Assembly (NCBI RefSeq): GCF_026571515.1
Contig: NW_026853658.1
Span: 1-64,000 of the forward strand
Length of the DNA: 64,000 bases
Origin: Ruditapes philippinarum
Lineage: Eukaryota
Direction of reading: 5' to 3'
Below the pieces are notes generated by a model. That model made no database searches, was not told where the DNA came from, and saw only the letters and a program-made list of their open reading frames with translations. Position 1 is the stretch's first letter; every line of letters begins with the position of its first letter. The position numbers and the translations under genes are program-made. Below, piece by piece: positions 24,806-39,100 of this stretch.

Positions 24806-26933
24806 AAAAAAAACAAAAACAAAGTTTTGATGCTTAACTTAAATGAATATTTAGCTTACCTGTCTTCAGCCTTTCGTAAATTGACATATATTCACTGCCT
24901 CCGCCAGCTACCCAAGTTCCATTTGGTGAAATATCACATTCGGGCAAACTTATGTTCTCAATTGGTTTTTCTTTCATACAAAAGCACTATAACAAGAAAA
25001 GTGTAGAAAGAAGTTTCATTTTTACCCGCAGGCATTGCAAAATACTATTATACATATCTATACTATTGTTGTATATATATACGACGATGAATTGACCATG
25101 ACAAAACATTCCTTAATGTTTATTATAATGAAAATCAACTTAATGTTCGCAAAACATAATGCACATTGCCATAACAATAGAATATCAAAACAAAGCGATT
25201 GGGAGTATTGAAAATACGGTATTTGCTTCTGTAATTTTGAAAGCTTACCTTATCCTTGTTCAATCCAATATATTGATGGTAATACTTATTGCACATCGAA
25301 TAGCAAAGACCAGGTGAATTTCTAGATTCCGGTAACAATATTGTGGGTTTTGCATTGTTTATAAAGCCACATCCTGAAATTTGTATCAACAAGTTGTTAT
25401 ACTTCATTACTGTATTAATTACCGTCACAGATTTATCATTCCGTATATGTGATTAAAAAAGACAACTCAATAATTTGCTCCTAATGATACTTAAAAATTG
25501 TATATAAGATTATTACACACATGTCAATTCTTAACGTACTCCTACTAATATTTTTAATATTTTTATATTTTATCCTTACATATGCTTCAGCTTCAGCTTC
25601 ATTACTCGCTCCTTTTGATATTTTTAAAAATCGTGTTTTCAATGTTGATACATATGTCAACTTTTTCACTTGCTCCTATATATACATTACAAAGTCTTGT
25701 ATTAAATGTTCACCCAAATGTATAAACATTTTTTGGTGAAAATGTTAATTTAAAGTGACATTATGCTTATATTTTCAAAGTCAAGCTGAGCTGAATAGAC
25801 TTTATATTTCAAAAGATTGACTGTCAAAATGGTGTTTGACCAGCAGTTGATATTGGAAAATGTTAAGGATAAAATTATAAATCTGGCTTAAATATAAAAA
25901 GACTGCCCCACTCTTTTTATAAACTTAGCGTTATAGGTAAATTATAATGGATATTTAGGAGAAATTTCGTTTGGATCTGTGCATTATTTATTATTTATTT
26001 GAGCTTGATTATTAAATTAAAAGGAATTATTGCAAAATGAAAACTTACTTTGACCTTCACCAGTTCACTCACTTTATACCCTTGGATGGGCATAATGTCA
26101 CTTTAACGGAAAACATTTAATTCATTAACATAAAAGTTTAAACGCAATAAAGTATGTTTCGTTAGAATTATATATCGAGTATAACTGGCGTAAACCAATA
26201 CCCCCTTTAAACACCTAATTATGAAAATACATTCTGCATCAAAATAGTAGTATGACAGTAGTTTGTCACGTTTTCCCCTTCCTTCTGAAAAAATAAAAGC
26301 TAATTACCTTAAAAGTTGATCATCATTCATTTATACAAACAAAATTTATATCAAGTTTATCTTGTCATATATTTATACAAAATGTTATTGTAGTTCAATT
26401 GTGTCAATTCAGTTGATTTAAATAATTCTAAATCAGATTGCTTTAGTGCGGAATTTTTGCAAAACATAATTTGTACTCACCAATGTACGCAAATGCCGTC
26501 CCCTTTTTAAAATATCCAACCCACACTTCCTCGTTATCATTTAGGTCTGTTGATATATTTACGATAAATGTTGAACTATTCACTAGTATGTTGGGTGTTG
26601 CAAAGTTACCTCTTCCCTTTGCATCAAACCATGTCATGCTTTCATTTGAGAGAATGTCAGCTGAGACTATAATAAACAAATTTAAAGATTAAATCTTAAC
26701 ATCCTCTGTACTAAAATATGTTGCCGCATGACTTTTGTTTCAGTGTCTTTATTATGCGTTCCAAAGATATGATGGACAGGCAGCGTAACCGACGGAGCTA
26801 TGCTAAAAGCTAGCTTGACCTATCTCTCCGGTAAGATATAAAAATGCACATGTATTATATCCTATAATTTTGACAGTATGTGCATAACATTTTTCGCAAT
26901 GTCCATATGAGTTTGTATTAAATTACATTATTT

Positions 26934-27332
26934 CTTATTCTAACACGACCCGCATTTATCCCTATTAACCAAAAGTGTGTAGTATTTTGCAATAAAATCA
27001 GTGTTTGTCGTTCTATATTTAGACATGTGACGTAATTATTATACGTGTGACGTAACCACTAAAATTTGACGCGCTGAAAATAAGTACGGAAACAAATCAG
27101 GCGCTGTTTAGTTTTATATCAGGTACGGCAGCATTTATTTGTTGGTGTCGTGTTAGAATCGAAATAACTTATCCAAATCGATGATTTCATCGCTTGATAA
27201 AATCACTGTCGTTCTGATCCGCATCATTATATCACCCGGGCTACGCCCTCGTGATATGATTCATCGCATCCGAACTCCAAACAGTGATTATATTGAGTAG
27301 TAAAATCACTGTTTGGGATTTATTATTTCTTA
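26934..27332. repeat. Hairpin-containing repeat element in intron 1 of receptor C
   Basis: Inverted pair attctaacacgac (~26937) / gtcgtgttagaat (~27147), plus a hairpin atatcacccgggctacgccctcgtgatat (~27229-27257). Confidence 0.55.
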
Positions 27333-29291
27333 ATATAAATTTTATGTTTCAGTATCAATTTCTAATTTTAGTGTTTTATTCATTTCCTCGACAATATATT
27401 GTAATAACGTATTATGCACGTTTAGATAAACGCATTAAAAGGTGTCAACGCTCACGATGATTGATGTTGTTTAATGTTGTCGTAAATTAAAAATGTAATA
27501 TCAAAAGAAGATACATTACCAGCCCAAGCAGCACTCCATAGAATAATCCAACATAAACATGATTTGCGTGACATTTCAAATCTTTATAACAATGCTTAAA
27601 CTTACATCGTTAGTTGATTTCTTCCTGATTGGAATGAATCAAGTACGTTATAAACTGAAGTTTAAAAGAAATATGTGCATAGCCAAAGTTACACAAAACT
27701 GTATTGATTTAAAATACTGTAGTGTATTTGAAAAGGTTATGAGTGGCTATAAAAAGGTTGTACATTATGCGGGTGAAAGGAAGAACTTGTCGCCTATATT
27801 TAATCATGCATTTTTAAAATATCATACACTTCAAAGAGATAATGTGGTTATAAGAATTTTGCAATTAAAGTACCAAATACATTTACATTGTAATTACTGG
27901 GCAGCAAGATGACAATGTTATATTAATATCACAATGGTATTATAAGAGTGATATAGATGTTAATATTAAACACGAAATAAGTTTGTTTATCTATAGTCGC
28001 TGTATTTAACTACCTTAAAAGAAGAAGGACGACTGCGCGAGCAAGCGCCACCTCAAACAAAAATGAGTTGACAGACAACCAATGAAAATGTTAATAATAA
28101 TAATAATTGCGGTATTACAACAAGACAACAGGCAATATACAGAAAAATAACAAAAACAAAAACTCAACTTATTGTCGTCCTAGTAAATGTGTGTGTGACA
28201 AGAAAATGTAAGATTACAAAGTGAGGGAAATGAACCCTCTTTTACCTTTTTTTAGTTGTTGTAACTTAACACTTTCAACAAGGACAAGAATTTGGTTTAT
28301 GAAAAATAATTAATTCCGCCGTCATACTTCCAAAGGAACAGATCGGAGCCACACAACGACAATGACCCAACCTAATTCGGTAAATATGACAATTAAAAAA
28401 GCGTGGTTATAGTCGGAAATGCCGTCATTTTATATTGTTGTGTGAGGCAAGCTGATTTTCCTTCCTGCAATTCTTTTGAAAATGTAAGAGATGTTTAGAT
28501 AGAAGACAGTTTATCTGTGTACATTATTGTTCATTCAAATTGTTTAGTCCTTTTATATGTTAATAAGTTTTAAAGATATATTATGCTCATCCTAAAATGA
28601 AAAAATGAAATATTTTAATAACAGACATTTATTGAAGTCTATTAAATTCGTACTAAAGATGTCTAATTTGAATTTAAGAAAAGAATGTATGATATTGATG
28701 TTGCGTTACCTATTACAGGTTAAGTTAAGTTGAAACTGCCACTCTTTTTTAATGACACTATATATATACATATTGTGAAGACCTAAGTATTGTGTGTAGA
28801 TTTTAAAACGTAAAATAATTTCTATGTGTGAAATCAAAAAAGTTTATTTCATATTAACAAAAATATTTTTTTATCAATTAACAGGATTTTCTTATATCAA
28901 ATTTGAGCATAGTATATCTTATATACAGAAATAAAACATATTTTTAATAAAGTAAACGCACTAATAAGAGAATTGCGTCTATATCAAATTACAGAATGTT
29001 ATTTTACCAACAATTTATTTTATTTATTTTTCCTTGTCTAGGATGAGGTCGACACCAAGATTATATCAGAAATACGGAATTTATTTTCCCTATCAGTTTT
29101 CTAAATAATAAGAAAGAGGTTTATGATGCATAGTAAAGTAATTTCATGTTAGTAAATACGTATTGTATTTGACAATCACTCCACATAAAGGATTATTTGT
29201 TCAGATTTTATTTTAGTTTTAAACTTTATAAATTCCTTGTAAATTAGACATGGTAAAGGTAGTTAGTTGGTAAACTACAAACCTACAGAAA

Positions 29292-29346
29292 ATGTCGGAT
29301 TTTACAGGTGTATTTTATATCTTCTTGTGGATATCTTACACTACAG
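29292..29346 (+). CDS. Orphan or alternative signal-peptide exon of the receptor family
   Basis: ATG...G|GTAAAT, 55 nt, phase 1, encoding MSDFTGVFYIFLWISYTT. It has the same length and phase as exon 1 of C and F and shares the LWI motif with D and F. Confidence 0.65.
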
Positions 29347-30939
29347 GTAAATTATTTTTTTATTTCATCTGTAAATAAGATAAGACGTTATATCATCTTT
29401 ATAAGCAGGGCCTGTATTTTAATGTTTTCTTCCAAGGCAGTAGGAACCGTAAAATATATTTGTTATTTATCTGGTTGCACATGTAAATATGTATTAGACT
29501 CCACATAACTTAAATAACTTAGATATAGGTTTAACAAAGACAAAAATAAGTTTAAAAGGCTTAATTATTCACGTCGCATATGTTCGCAAAGTATGTTACT
29601 AAGTAAAATAAATTTAATTTAAACAATTAATTATCATTAAAATTTAAAAAATTAATTATCATTACAAGAAAAACATTAGAAAATTCGCGTTTAGACGATA
29701 TCTATCACCGTATGTCACAACTGTGCACTTTTCTCTGTTTTTGTTACCAAGACACACAATCATCCGTGTCAGAATTTGCGAAACTACTTTTACAGTACAG
29801 AACTACTGCGCATTCACTTTACTAACTTGACTGCTTATGCAGTGTAATATTTACGGCGTTTTATTACGTTTCGCTCGTGGATAGAACTCTAAGCTAGCAA
29901 CATCATTTGTTGAACTTGTGGTTTTAATATCAACGTCTTCTTATTATTCAATTTAATTATAATTTATACCGCTGTATAACACATGAGATTGTGCAAGTCT
30001 ATAAAAACTAAGGTAAAGGCTAACTGTACGCTGGTTAATATTACAAAAAACGCAAAATAATGACCAACATGTTTAGTTTAAACATATTTTATTGCATCAG
30101 ATACATGTCAAATATTACACAACTGATGAGTATAATTATAATATTGCAACGAAAAGCAAATGGGTTGGGCAACAAGTTCTAGCAACATAACATTAAGCCC
30201 TCCCAGATGCCGCCAACATATGCGTGCATAAATGTTATTATTCTATCTCTTAAAACATAAGCAAAAAAAAGGAATATATCCATATCTATCCATTACAAGT
30301 AAAAATGTAAAGATCACCCCCACGTTTCAACAAATAGTGTATTAATACATTCCCTGCCTTTTTACTGTTATCGTAATATACCTTCGTTCAAACCTAACCA
30401 CTGTTGTGACGTGTGACATGTTGAGTAAATTATCTTTTCTATTTATATCGACTACTATAACAGTCCGGTTAATCGGCCACTAAGAAGACCACCAAAATTA
30501 ATACAAAAATACGAAACCGCAACTGAATCAGACAAATTGTGTTTTAAGGTAAGCTCGAAAATATGGTGTTTTTTTACGAATATTTATACAAATTATAGCA
30601 ATGAGAAAATCTCTCTGACATTTGACATTCGTTAGGACTTTAGGCCTTATAAGGTGTAAAGAAGACCCTCAAATTAGTACTAAAACGAACGCAACGGTAT
30701 CAGACAAATGATGCTTTAACGGTTAGCCTAAAATTATGCTGTTTTTATACAAATTATTACACACTTTATATACAGAAAGAACAAATGTACAAACAAACGA
30801 CCATTCCACGCGGAAGTCTCCCGGACATATTACTAAGGTTAAGGCTTTGGTCCTAATATTGTGCAAAAAAAATCTCTCCAAAGTAGTACAAAATAGAATT
30901 CGTCACGGGATGAGAGAAGTGATGCTTTACGATTGGCTC

Positions 30940-31205
30940 ATGCTGTAGATCTATATAGTTATTGTGTATTTAAAATACTCATTTATTCAGTAATTTTTGA
31001 TAACTTATGAAATAGATCTTTATTATAATATTGTATTTAAAAGGCACGTTTATTCAGTATGTTTGTAATAACGTATGCTGAAGACCTATAAAATAGTAGT
31101 GTATTTAAAAGACTCATTTTGTTTTCAATTAAATAACTTATGATGTAGATAATTGTGTATTTGAAGGACTCATTTTTCTTTCAATATATTTTAATTACTT
31201 ATGAT
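30940..31205. repeat. Minisatellite, ~65-bp unit, ~4 copies
   Basis: Repeated atg(c/a)tgtagat...ttgtgtatttaaaa..ctcattt...ataactt. Confidence 0.8.
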
Positions 31206-33180
31206 AAAGGTTGGTAAAATATATATGTGATCTTTATGATTATCATTGTTTCCTTGTGTATGAAATGTTCATTTTTATAGACGTGTTGCAGCATGAAAAG
31301 CTAATATAGTTTTGTTTCATGTTTATAATGCTGTTCTAGTGCAATGTTTTAACAAATGCTTCACAAATAATTACTGCATTCTGTCTGCAAACAATTATTT
31401 ATCAAAACTATTTTTTTATGTTTCCGCTTCTTCAAGTCCTAGTAAATGTTATAATGTTTACTATTTACAAATACGCATAAGCATCGATTACTTTTAAGTA
31501 TAGACTATTGTGTTGTGATAAGGAATTTAAAGTTTTAAAAAAATGTTTAACGTAAACAAAGTTGCGTGTGTCCTTGGTTACATTTCTAAAGTCATCTATA
31601 TCTAGCTATCCTAAAATTTATTTGTAATTGACATGCTCACACAATAAGAAAACAATAATTTATTAAAGTTGTTATAGTTCATATATAAAGTTCAACCCTT
31701 AACACATGTATATTTCCAGTTGTTAACTTGAAAGAAATAACTATTTAATATTCATAACTATGATAGACGATTACCAAAAAAAGAGGATTTACAAGATTCC
31801 TGTTTGTTGGTGAATTTTGCCATTTTTTGTTATAGAATTCAAGGGACGTGTTATGCTTCATATAAGTAGTAAATCACACAATGAGCAGCATCTGTCACTT
31901 TCACATTTACCATCCCTAAGATCATCATAATTGAAATCAAAATGGTCGAACAATTGACCATTTCAAGACAAAAAAATGAAAATGACAAATTATAAATGTT
32001 GCACGCTGTGTGACAGTAGTAATAAATGCATGCATGATATTATCTACTTTCACTTAACAGAAACCGACATTCAGATATGACAATTGCTATACTTTGAATT
32101 GAGAATCCTCATATACGTAACTACATTTAGCGTAGAACGTAAGATAGAATGAATTCTAAAGAGGATCGGAGCAAAACTCGAAGGAATCTTACTAGAAGCA
32201 ATAAGATCAGACTTTAAATACAAAATAATGCAAAGTCATACGTGTATAATGGTAAACTGTTACAGTAGTTTAATTTTACCACCACGAAATTTTCGCAGTA
32301 CAAAACATTAACAAATTATCAGTCTGCGTAATTATTATCTATTCTTTGGACCGTAATTATGTATTAAATAACGATTTATAAAGAGTAACAGATTCTCAAC
32401 TGCAGTTAATTACGTTTTTAAGACTCAAAGGTTAGTTGAGATGGCTTTGTGGGAAAACTGACTTTTTATCCCAAATTCCAAAAGTACTTAACCCAATTTC
32501 CAACAGAAATTAGATAAGACTTGTGTAAAATATATTTGATTTAATAATCGCCCTAGTTACTAAACCATTTCACGATCGACTGAAACTTTGTACAATGCAG
32601 CATTTCTAATATTCGGTCTTTAATCATCTAATAAGGCCAAGAGAATTGAACCGATTTTTTAACTGATAATTAATTTAGTCAAAGTAAGCCTACTGCAACA
32701 TACAAAAGGGAAACAACCAAAGTTTAAAATGTTTGTTGAAATATGTGCATATTTTCTGTTTCCTTCTTCTCTTGCAATCATTACTACTCTAATCATAAAC
32801 TTTGTTCTTCATAACGTGTAAAAAGTTTCTCACAAGGAAAACTCTAATCTTTCATTTTCCCAAGCCAAACATTTTTTACTGTATAAAAGCATGGTGAAAT
32901 CATTTAATATTTTTCAGAATTTAAAGCAATTAAATAGATGCCCATTAAATTTTGTTTCAATTCATGACCTAGTTTGTGAACGGTTTATTTCAAATTCATA
33001 CGATACATAAATTAGTGTATAGATTTATTACATTTTTTACAAAGAACCATTCAACCGCCAATAAAGTCAACGGCTGTTTACTGATTTTTTTTATCTGAAG
33101 CTTCTTAACGTAATTTATAACTTTCTTCTTCAGCTCAATAAAATATAAACGTAAAGGAAGTTACATAAAAGTAAAGTTAA

Positions 33181-36100
33181 ATGTTCAAAATGGTGCACAC
33201 TTCTGGTGTATACATGTATTTGATTATTTTATGGATTTCATTATCTAAAGGTAAATAAATCTTATAATTAATCTTACCGGTCTTTTTTAGTGTTTCTTTT
33301 TTTTCCCAAAATGTATAAGATGAATCACTGTCGACTTAAATAAGACACTGATTCAGGTTTAAGTTGTGAAAGTGCACTGTATATTTTACAGAAATTCAGC
33401 AAGCGTCTTTCAGAAGAAATGTATGTGTTACTCATTGTTGTATTGCAAAATTGACCGTACAAAATGATTAATATATTCTATATACCTGTATTAGACTTGA
33501 AACTTATGACTACTTAAGCCTTTAGCTTGCGGGTGGCAATTGCTTTTACCCATGCGACCAGTACATATCATGGTCTGAGCTGTTTGCTATTCAGTCTCTA
33601 AATATCTTGGATTTTCTTCAAAATTGATTAAAAGTTTCGCTCAGATTGATGGAAGATGAGTCCATTTAAGATTTGTATCGTGGCAAGTTAAATAAAAATG
33701 TATGGGATGTTTCATTACCAATAATATTTGGCTTGTATCATGTGCCGCATTTTGTTAGATAATGGTAACAAATAATTCGATAGCGTATTGTAATGAATAT
33801 GTGGAATATAAACGTCTGAAATAAATACTAAGATTACGATAGGAATGTACAAAATCGAAAAGAATATATTACATCAATTTACATTAATTTACATAAATTA
33901 ACATAAATTATTAAGTATCACCCAGAGGTTTAAAAACGTTGTAACTTCAGATGTTCATTATAAAGACTACTAACTATCGTTTTGTTGTGTTGTGTTATAT
34001 GATATTTTGATTTTATGTTACCGTTTAACGAATGATACTCTTCAACACAAAAAGAATATCGTGTTAAATAGCTACATTAAGTTTACATTTAACGACATGA
34101 AACCTTACAAATGGTATATGGTAAATGTTTCTTTTTTCTTTTTTTTTGAAAGTTTTATATAAAAAAGTGAACCGTTTTATGTAAGGAAAAATAATTTCAT
34201 GAGATAGTTATAGTGTAATATGGACGTTTCTAACTTTGCATTATTGACATGAACATGAACTGATTTAGCAACATCAGTCGTTCTGTCATCGTTTGTAAAA
34301 TCGTGTATGATAAAATGATGAAGATAGGGTGATAAAATGAATAATGATAGACCTTATCACTGTCTGAACGCTTCGGCGTTAGGAGCTTGCTTTGCAAACA
34401 AATTTCAAATTCCATAACCTGACTGTCTAGATGCCTTTTAATCATGATGACAAAAAACACAGAAGTATGAAAATTAACTTCACGTTGTAGGTACTGAATT
34501 TATATCTCAAAATGAGACAACATGGAAAGATATAACTACAATTTGCCAGGTTGCATTGCCCGAGATAAATTACAAGGCATTCATGAACGGGAAGGAATTT
34601 CTTGTAGACTATTCTGGAAAAATTGAAGAGCAAAATGGTGTATGGGTGGGCTACTATCTATCTGCTGCGCCGTTTGAGTATATTGGTAAATATGAATGCT
34701 ACTTAATTTCACTGCTTAAGTTGTAGTAGATTGAGGTCGTCAAAATCTATTCAATGGGTATAATGTAAGAATGTTTCGTTTCAAATTATCTGTGTACCAA
34801 ATATAAAATATACTCTTTTGATTTAATTAAACTGTCGGTTTTACGTTATAGAAATAAAGACACATCTTGGAGATAAAAAGAAAATCAATGTTATTTATGC
34901 TGTCGTTTTTAAGTAATGTAAATGAGTAGTTGTGATGTTGGAAGTTTTCACTCACGACATAAACCTACATTTACATTTTCCAGAACCAACAAATCGCTCC
35001 TGGGCAGGCTGTCAAGCAGTTTTCCAGTACTAGTTGCCTTCACTTTCGCAAGCGACCGAAATTCTGTATATTACAGAGCAGAGTTACAGTGCGGGTGACC
35101 GTGAAAAAGCCTTCATTATCGACCGATTAACGATACAACGATCTATTATTGAACAAACCGGACTGTCTGTAATGAAAATGATCGATGGCGTGATGAAAAT
35201 GAAGTTTAAAAGATTATAGGGACTTTTGATTTGTTCATACAAGCTACCAAGCTAGCTAACGGAACATTGGTCGTTCTACTCAGTTGCCCGTCTGTGCCTG
35301 AAAAAAATGGATGGAGTAGCATCTGAGGTCTACTTCCACGTGTAAAGCTGGAAAATTGCCGTATGGTATTTACAGTATTGAGCGACGTTAAACCCAACCA
35401 AACACGGAATACATTTCTATATGCAACAATTAGTACTGAATACTAAACTACATTTTATGTTGATTTCACGGAAGTATTCTTTCAATGTTTTTATTCCAAA
35501 TTTAACTGATTTATTATATCAATTGCAGGCTGTTCTATTCTTGAAAAGGGGACAGCATTAGCTCAGTTCGATCGAAATACACCAGGACTGTGCTTTTCGG
35601 CTTGTCAGAAGAAAGGGGTGATAGGTATTAATGATAAAAAGGTAGGAATTTGTTTTCAAACAGTGATTTCATAATAAGCATTAGTTGTGTTATTAACAAA
35701 TTGGACGATGAAATGTATATATTTACCAAAGAAGTACTTTTTGTACGGCAAATTCATGTATCACTTGGATCAATTTTGTTAACATTTCAGTGCTTTTGTT
35801 TGAACAGTATCAGCGGATTAGACATTTTTGCTACAAAATGTAATACAGAATGTAAAGATCAGTCCAATATTGAATGTGGTGGAGAAGAGCATATGTCGCT
35901 ATACAAACTCAGTATTACTGGTGAGTCTTTACACCCTCTCAAAAGAAACATTAGCAATATGAAATCGTAATAACTAAATACAAAGGAAATTTTGGAGAAA
36001 AACAAATGTTTGAGGATGACAGGTAGTTTTGGGGTTACAAATCAAGACATTCTGATTCTACTATATTTGTTTTTTATATTTATATTCATTTAACTAACAT

Positions 36101-39100
36101 TGACTTTTTCTGTGTTGTCGTTCCTTGTCTATATTTAGCCTAGATATCGCATTTGCCGGCAGATGCATTACCAAGAATATTAATGGCACGTGTGTTTTGA
36201 ATTACCTCACCAACATAGCAAGATCAAGCAAACGCTTTCCTGTTAGTTGTATATACACGTAATAAACATTTATAACATTAAACAATTATTACATTTACAT
36301 TTAACATTTACTAAATTCAACTAGCTTTAATTAGGCAAAATGTTGAGTTTTAAAAAGAAATCATATTTGTAGAGTTTGAAGCAAAATATGAAGACGATGT
36401 TGGAGTGTGTCTGTCGTATCAGATAAACAGTAACGTACAGAGTTTCTATTGGAATAGTTGCGCAATAACAATTCAGACAATATGTGCATCGAGTAAGATT
36501 CAGCAATACTTTTCTAACAGGACAGTATATTCTATCTTTATATATTAAATACTTTTCAACTCATCTTCCTCGAAAAAAAAGTAAAAAACTGATAACAAGA
36601 AAAAGGATAAGTGCATATAAACAGTATTATGAAACAAAAAGTCAATAGCCTTCAAAAACGTTCATAAATTAAACATTTCAATTGTGATGTAATATTTACT
36701 ATATTTTTTTTTCATTTATATTAAGATAACGGATCCGTTCAAGAACTTTCTAGTACTACTAAGACTACATCAACAAAATGGAATTTGGCTATGAACTTAT
36801 GCTTGCAAAATTCAATGACCCCAACGACAATTACGCAACTAGAACAATTTAAAGGACGTTACAGACTTACACCATCATGGACAGGGATTATTTCAAGTGA
36901 TGTTATTTATTCAATACACGGTGCGTGGTTCCTTTAGTTTATATATACCATGTTATTTTGTTTGTTTGCCCTGACGATATAAAAACCTGTCGGGATCATA
37001 TTAAAATGAAAAATGTTTGTTAATGTTAATATTAAGTATAATTTTCTTGTTATGGTTTTTTAGATTTACCTTCGCTATTTATGCATGAAAAGTGTTTACG
37101 CATGATTAATTTTAGCCTAGATCAACGATATTCAATCTCGGTAAACTGCAGACGGTTGAACAGTCCATTATTTGTTTACGGAGATAATTGATCATCGTTT
37201 ATCCATTTGAGGAAAATGTAAATAAAAATGCTTTGCAACAAAGCAAGAAATTTTAAATTGGTCCTGAAGTGTAAAGCTGATGAATGTGAATGTTTTAATA
37301 TACGACTCGTAAAGTTAATCGTGTCATTCCGCAATAAATCATGCGAATTTTTTAAAGTTCTAAAGGACTCAGCTGCTTTGCAGCCGAATTATTCAGATTG
37401 ACGTTACCTTCAATTTGTTTGCTCAAGATAGGTTCAGGATAACAAACTTATAGGAGTCAGCTGTTCATTACATTTATACTCTATTTGAATGTATAGGACT
37501 TTTTCAAATATTAGAAAATGCTAGGATCTTACTATTATAGATGACAATTCGCCTTTTCATGTTTGCCAAATTTCTAATAGACGTGGCAAAGTAAAGGATT
37601 TTTTTGCACAAAATATTGTTTTGAAGAAATCATTTTATTTTCCAATTTGACTTATAAAATTAACAAAGTGACGTGAGCAACAAAAGATTAAAGATTTTCA
37701 CACTTTTTTTCATCTTATAACATTTGAATATCCATTATCAAGAATCATGAAAAGTACATCTATTCAAACAACAATAATCAGTCCAGTTTGTGGGATTAAA
37801 CAAGTCAACGAAATATAAAACACTTTACCAGTTTAAAGGATTTATGGCTATAACACTTCAAATTTAAGATATATTGAATGTGATGTTTTTAGCATGCGTT
37901 TCAAACGTACATTATATTGTATTTTTGTAAATCATTTTCTCTATATTTGAAACATTTTTGTTTTGTTTAATGCTAGAGAAAAATTGTTTATATTATATAA
38001 GTAAAGCCCAAACCCTCTCACACCCTAAAACAAAAATAATTATTTTATTGATGTTCTTTTTCAACAGATGCTGCTGCTACACATAATAATTCCAGAAAAC
38101 AGTTCGGTTATCTTACGCAGAAAGGAGATACTATCCTGCTACAATTTGATGACAAAGTCTCTTCATCAAGAAAAATTCTATGTAAAAGCGGTAAAATAGT
38201 TTTTCTCCTTTAATGTCACTGTTACATTAAAATAATTAAAAAATGTATATACATAATCCTTTGAAGCTCTAACAACAAAGCGTATTTACGGGCAAAGACT
38301 GCCATAACCTCTTCTACATGAAATGAAATCATGATTTTTCTTAATTCGTCTTGTAATTGACGACAATTGCACTCTTTCGAATTATTGACAACACTCCTGA
38401 TAAGTAAAGGGACTCCACTGAGGTCAAAAAGCCTAAAACATATCATTTGAATTTCTTTCGTAAATGAGCCGGGGCACTTTAAATAGAAATATTTGAAGAG
38501 AAACTTAAGAAATATACTTTGAAATTAATTGAAAATCGTAGTTTTATGCTCTTCTGAACCCGATTTGAGTGAAAAACGTTAAAACGCTTTTCATTTTGGG
38601 TCATTTTTTTACATTTTGAATAATTATTCTGAAAAAAAAAAAACGAAGTGAACGAATGATCTGAAACTTTGCACAAAGATTAGTGGTCTAAACCTACATC
38701 AAATGGTACATTTATCAGGAAAAATATTTTCAGTCCCATCATGTCAAAAAACCTCAGTGGAGTCTCTTTAAAACTTTGTTTGGTTAGGATAGACTAGTTT
38801 CAGTTTATATGAATTTATTATTTATCCTAAAAGCCATAACCAGTAATAAGCTATGTAAAAGTTTCTTGCTCATGGAAACAACAGCTTGACCATGACAGGG
38901 TTTGAACCCACTCCGCCAGCAATCCTTAGAATACTACTTTTAGCCACACCGCGATTTATTGTTATAATATGTATGGTTGAATACTATAAGAATCTTACAG
39001 ACCCGAATATATTACTCGAAAGTAATTGTTAACCGAGAACTAGATAAACGCGTCCGTGACAACAACCGGTGTTTGATTCTTTTTCTTGCATATTACATAT

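Larger units (their letters stand above)
24057..27574 (-). pseudogene. Receptor C: inverted paralog, exons 1-5 open, 3' part decayed or missing
   Basis: Minus-strand GT-AG exons: 27520-27574 (signal MSRKSCLCWIILWSAAWA), 26481-26660 (MTWFDA..TP..VWVGYF..FAYI), 25249-25373 (GC..NSPGLCYSMC..YIGL), 24860-24986 (CFC..EC..GGGSEYMSIY), 24057-24167 (ECLIF..WWSDC..SLCLK). A stop-ridden CTLD-like remnant lies at ~23517-23813. No minus-strand TM exon was found. Confidence 0.8.
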
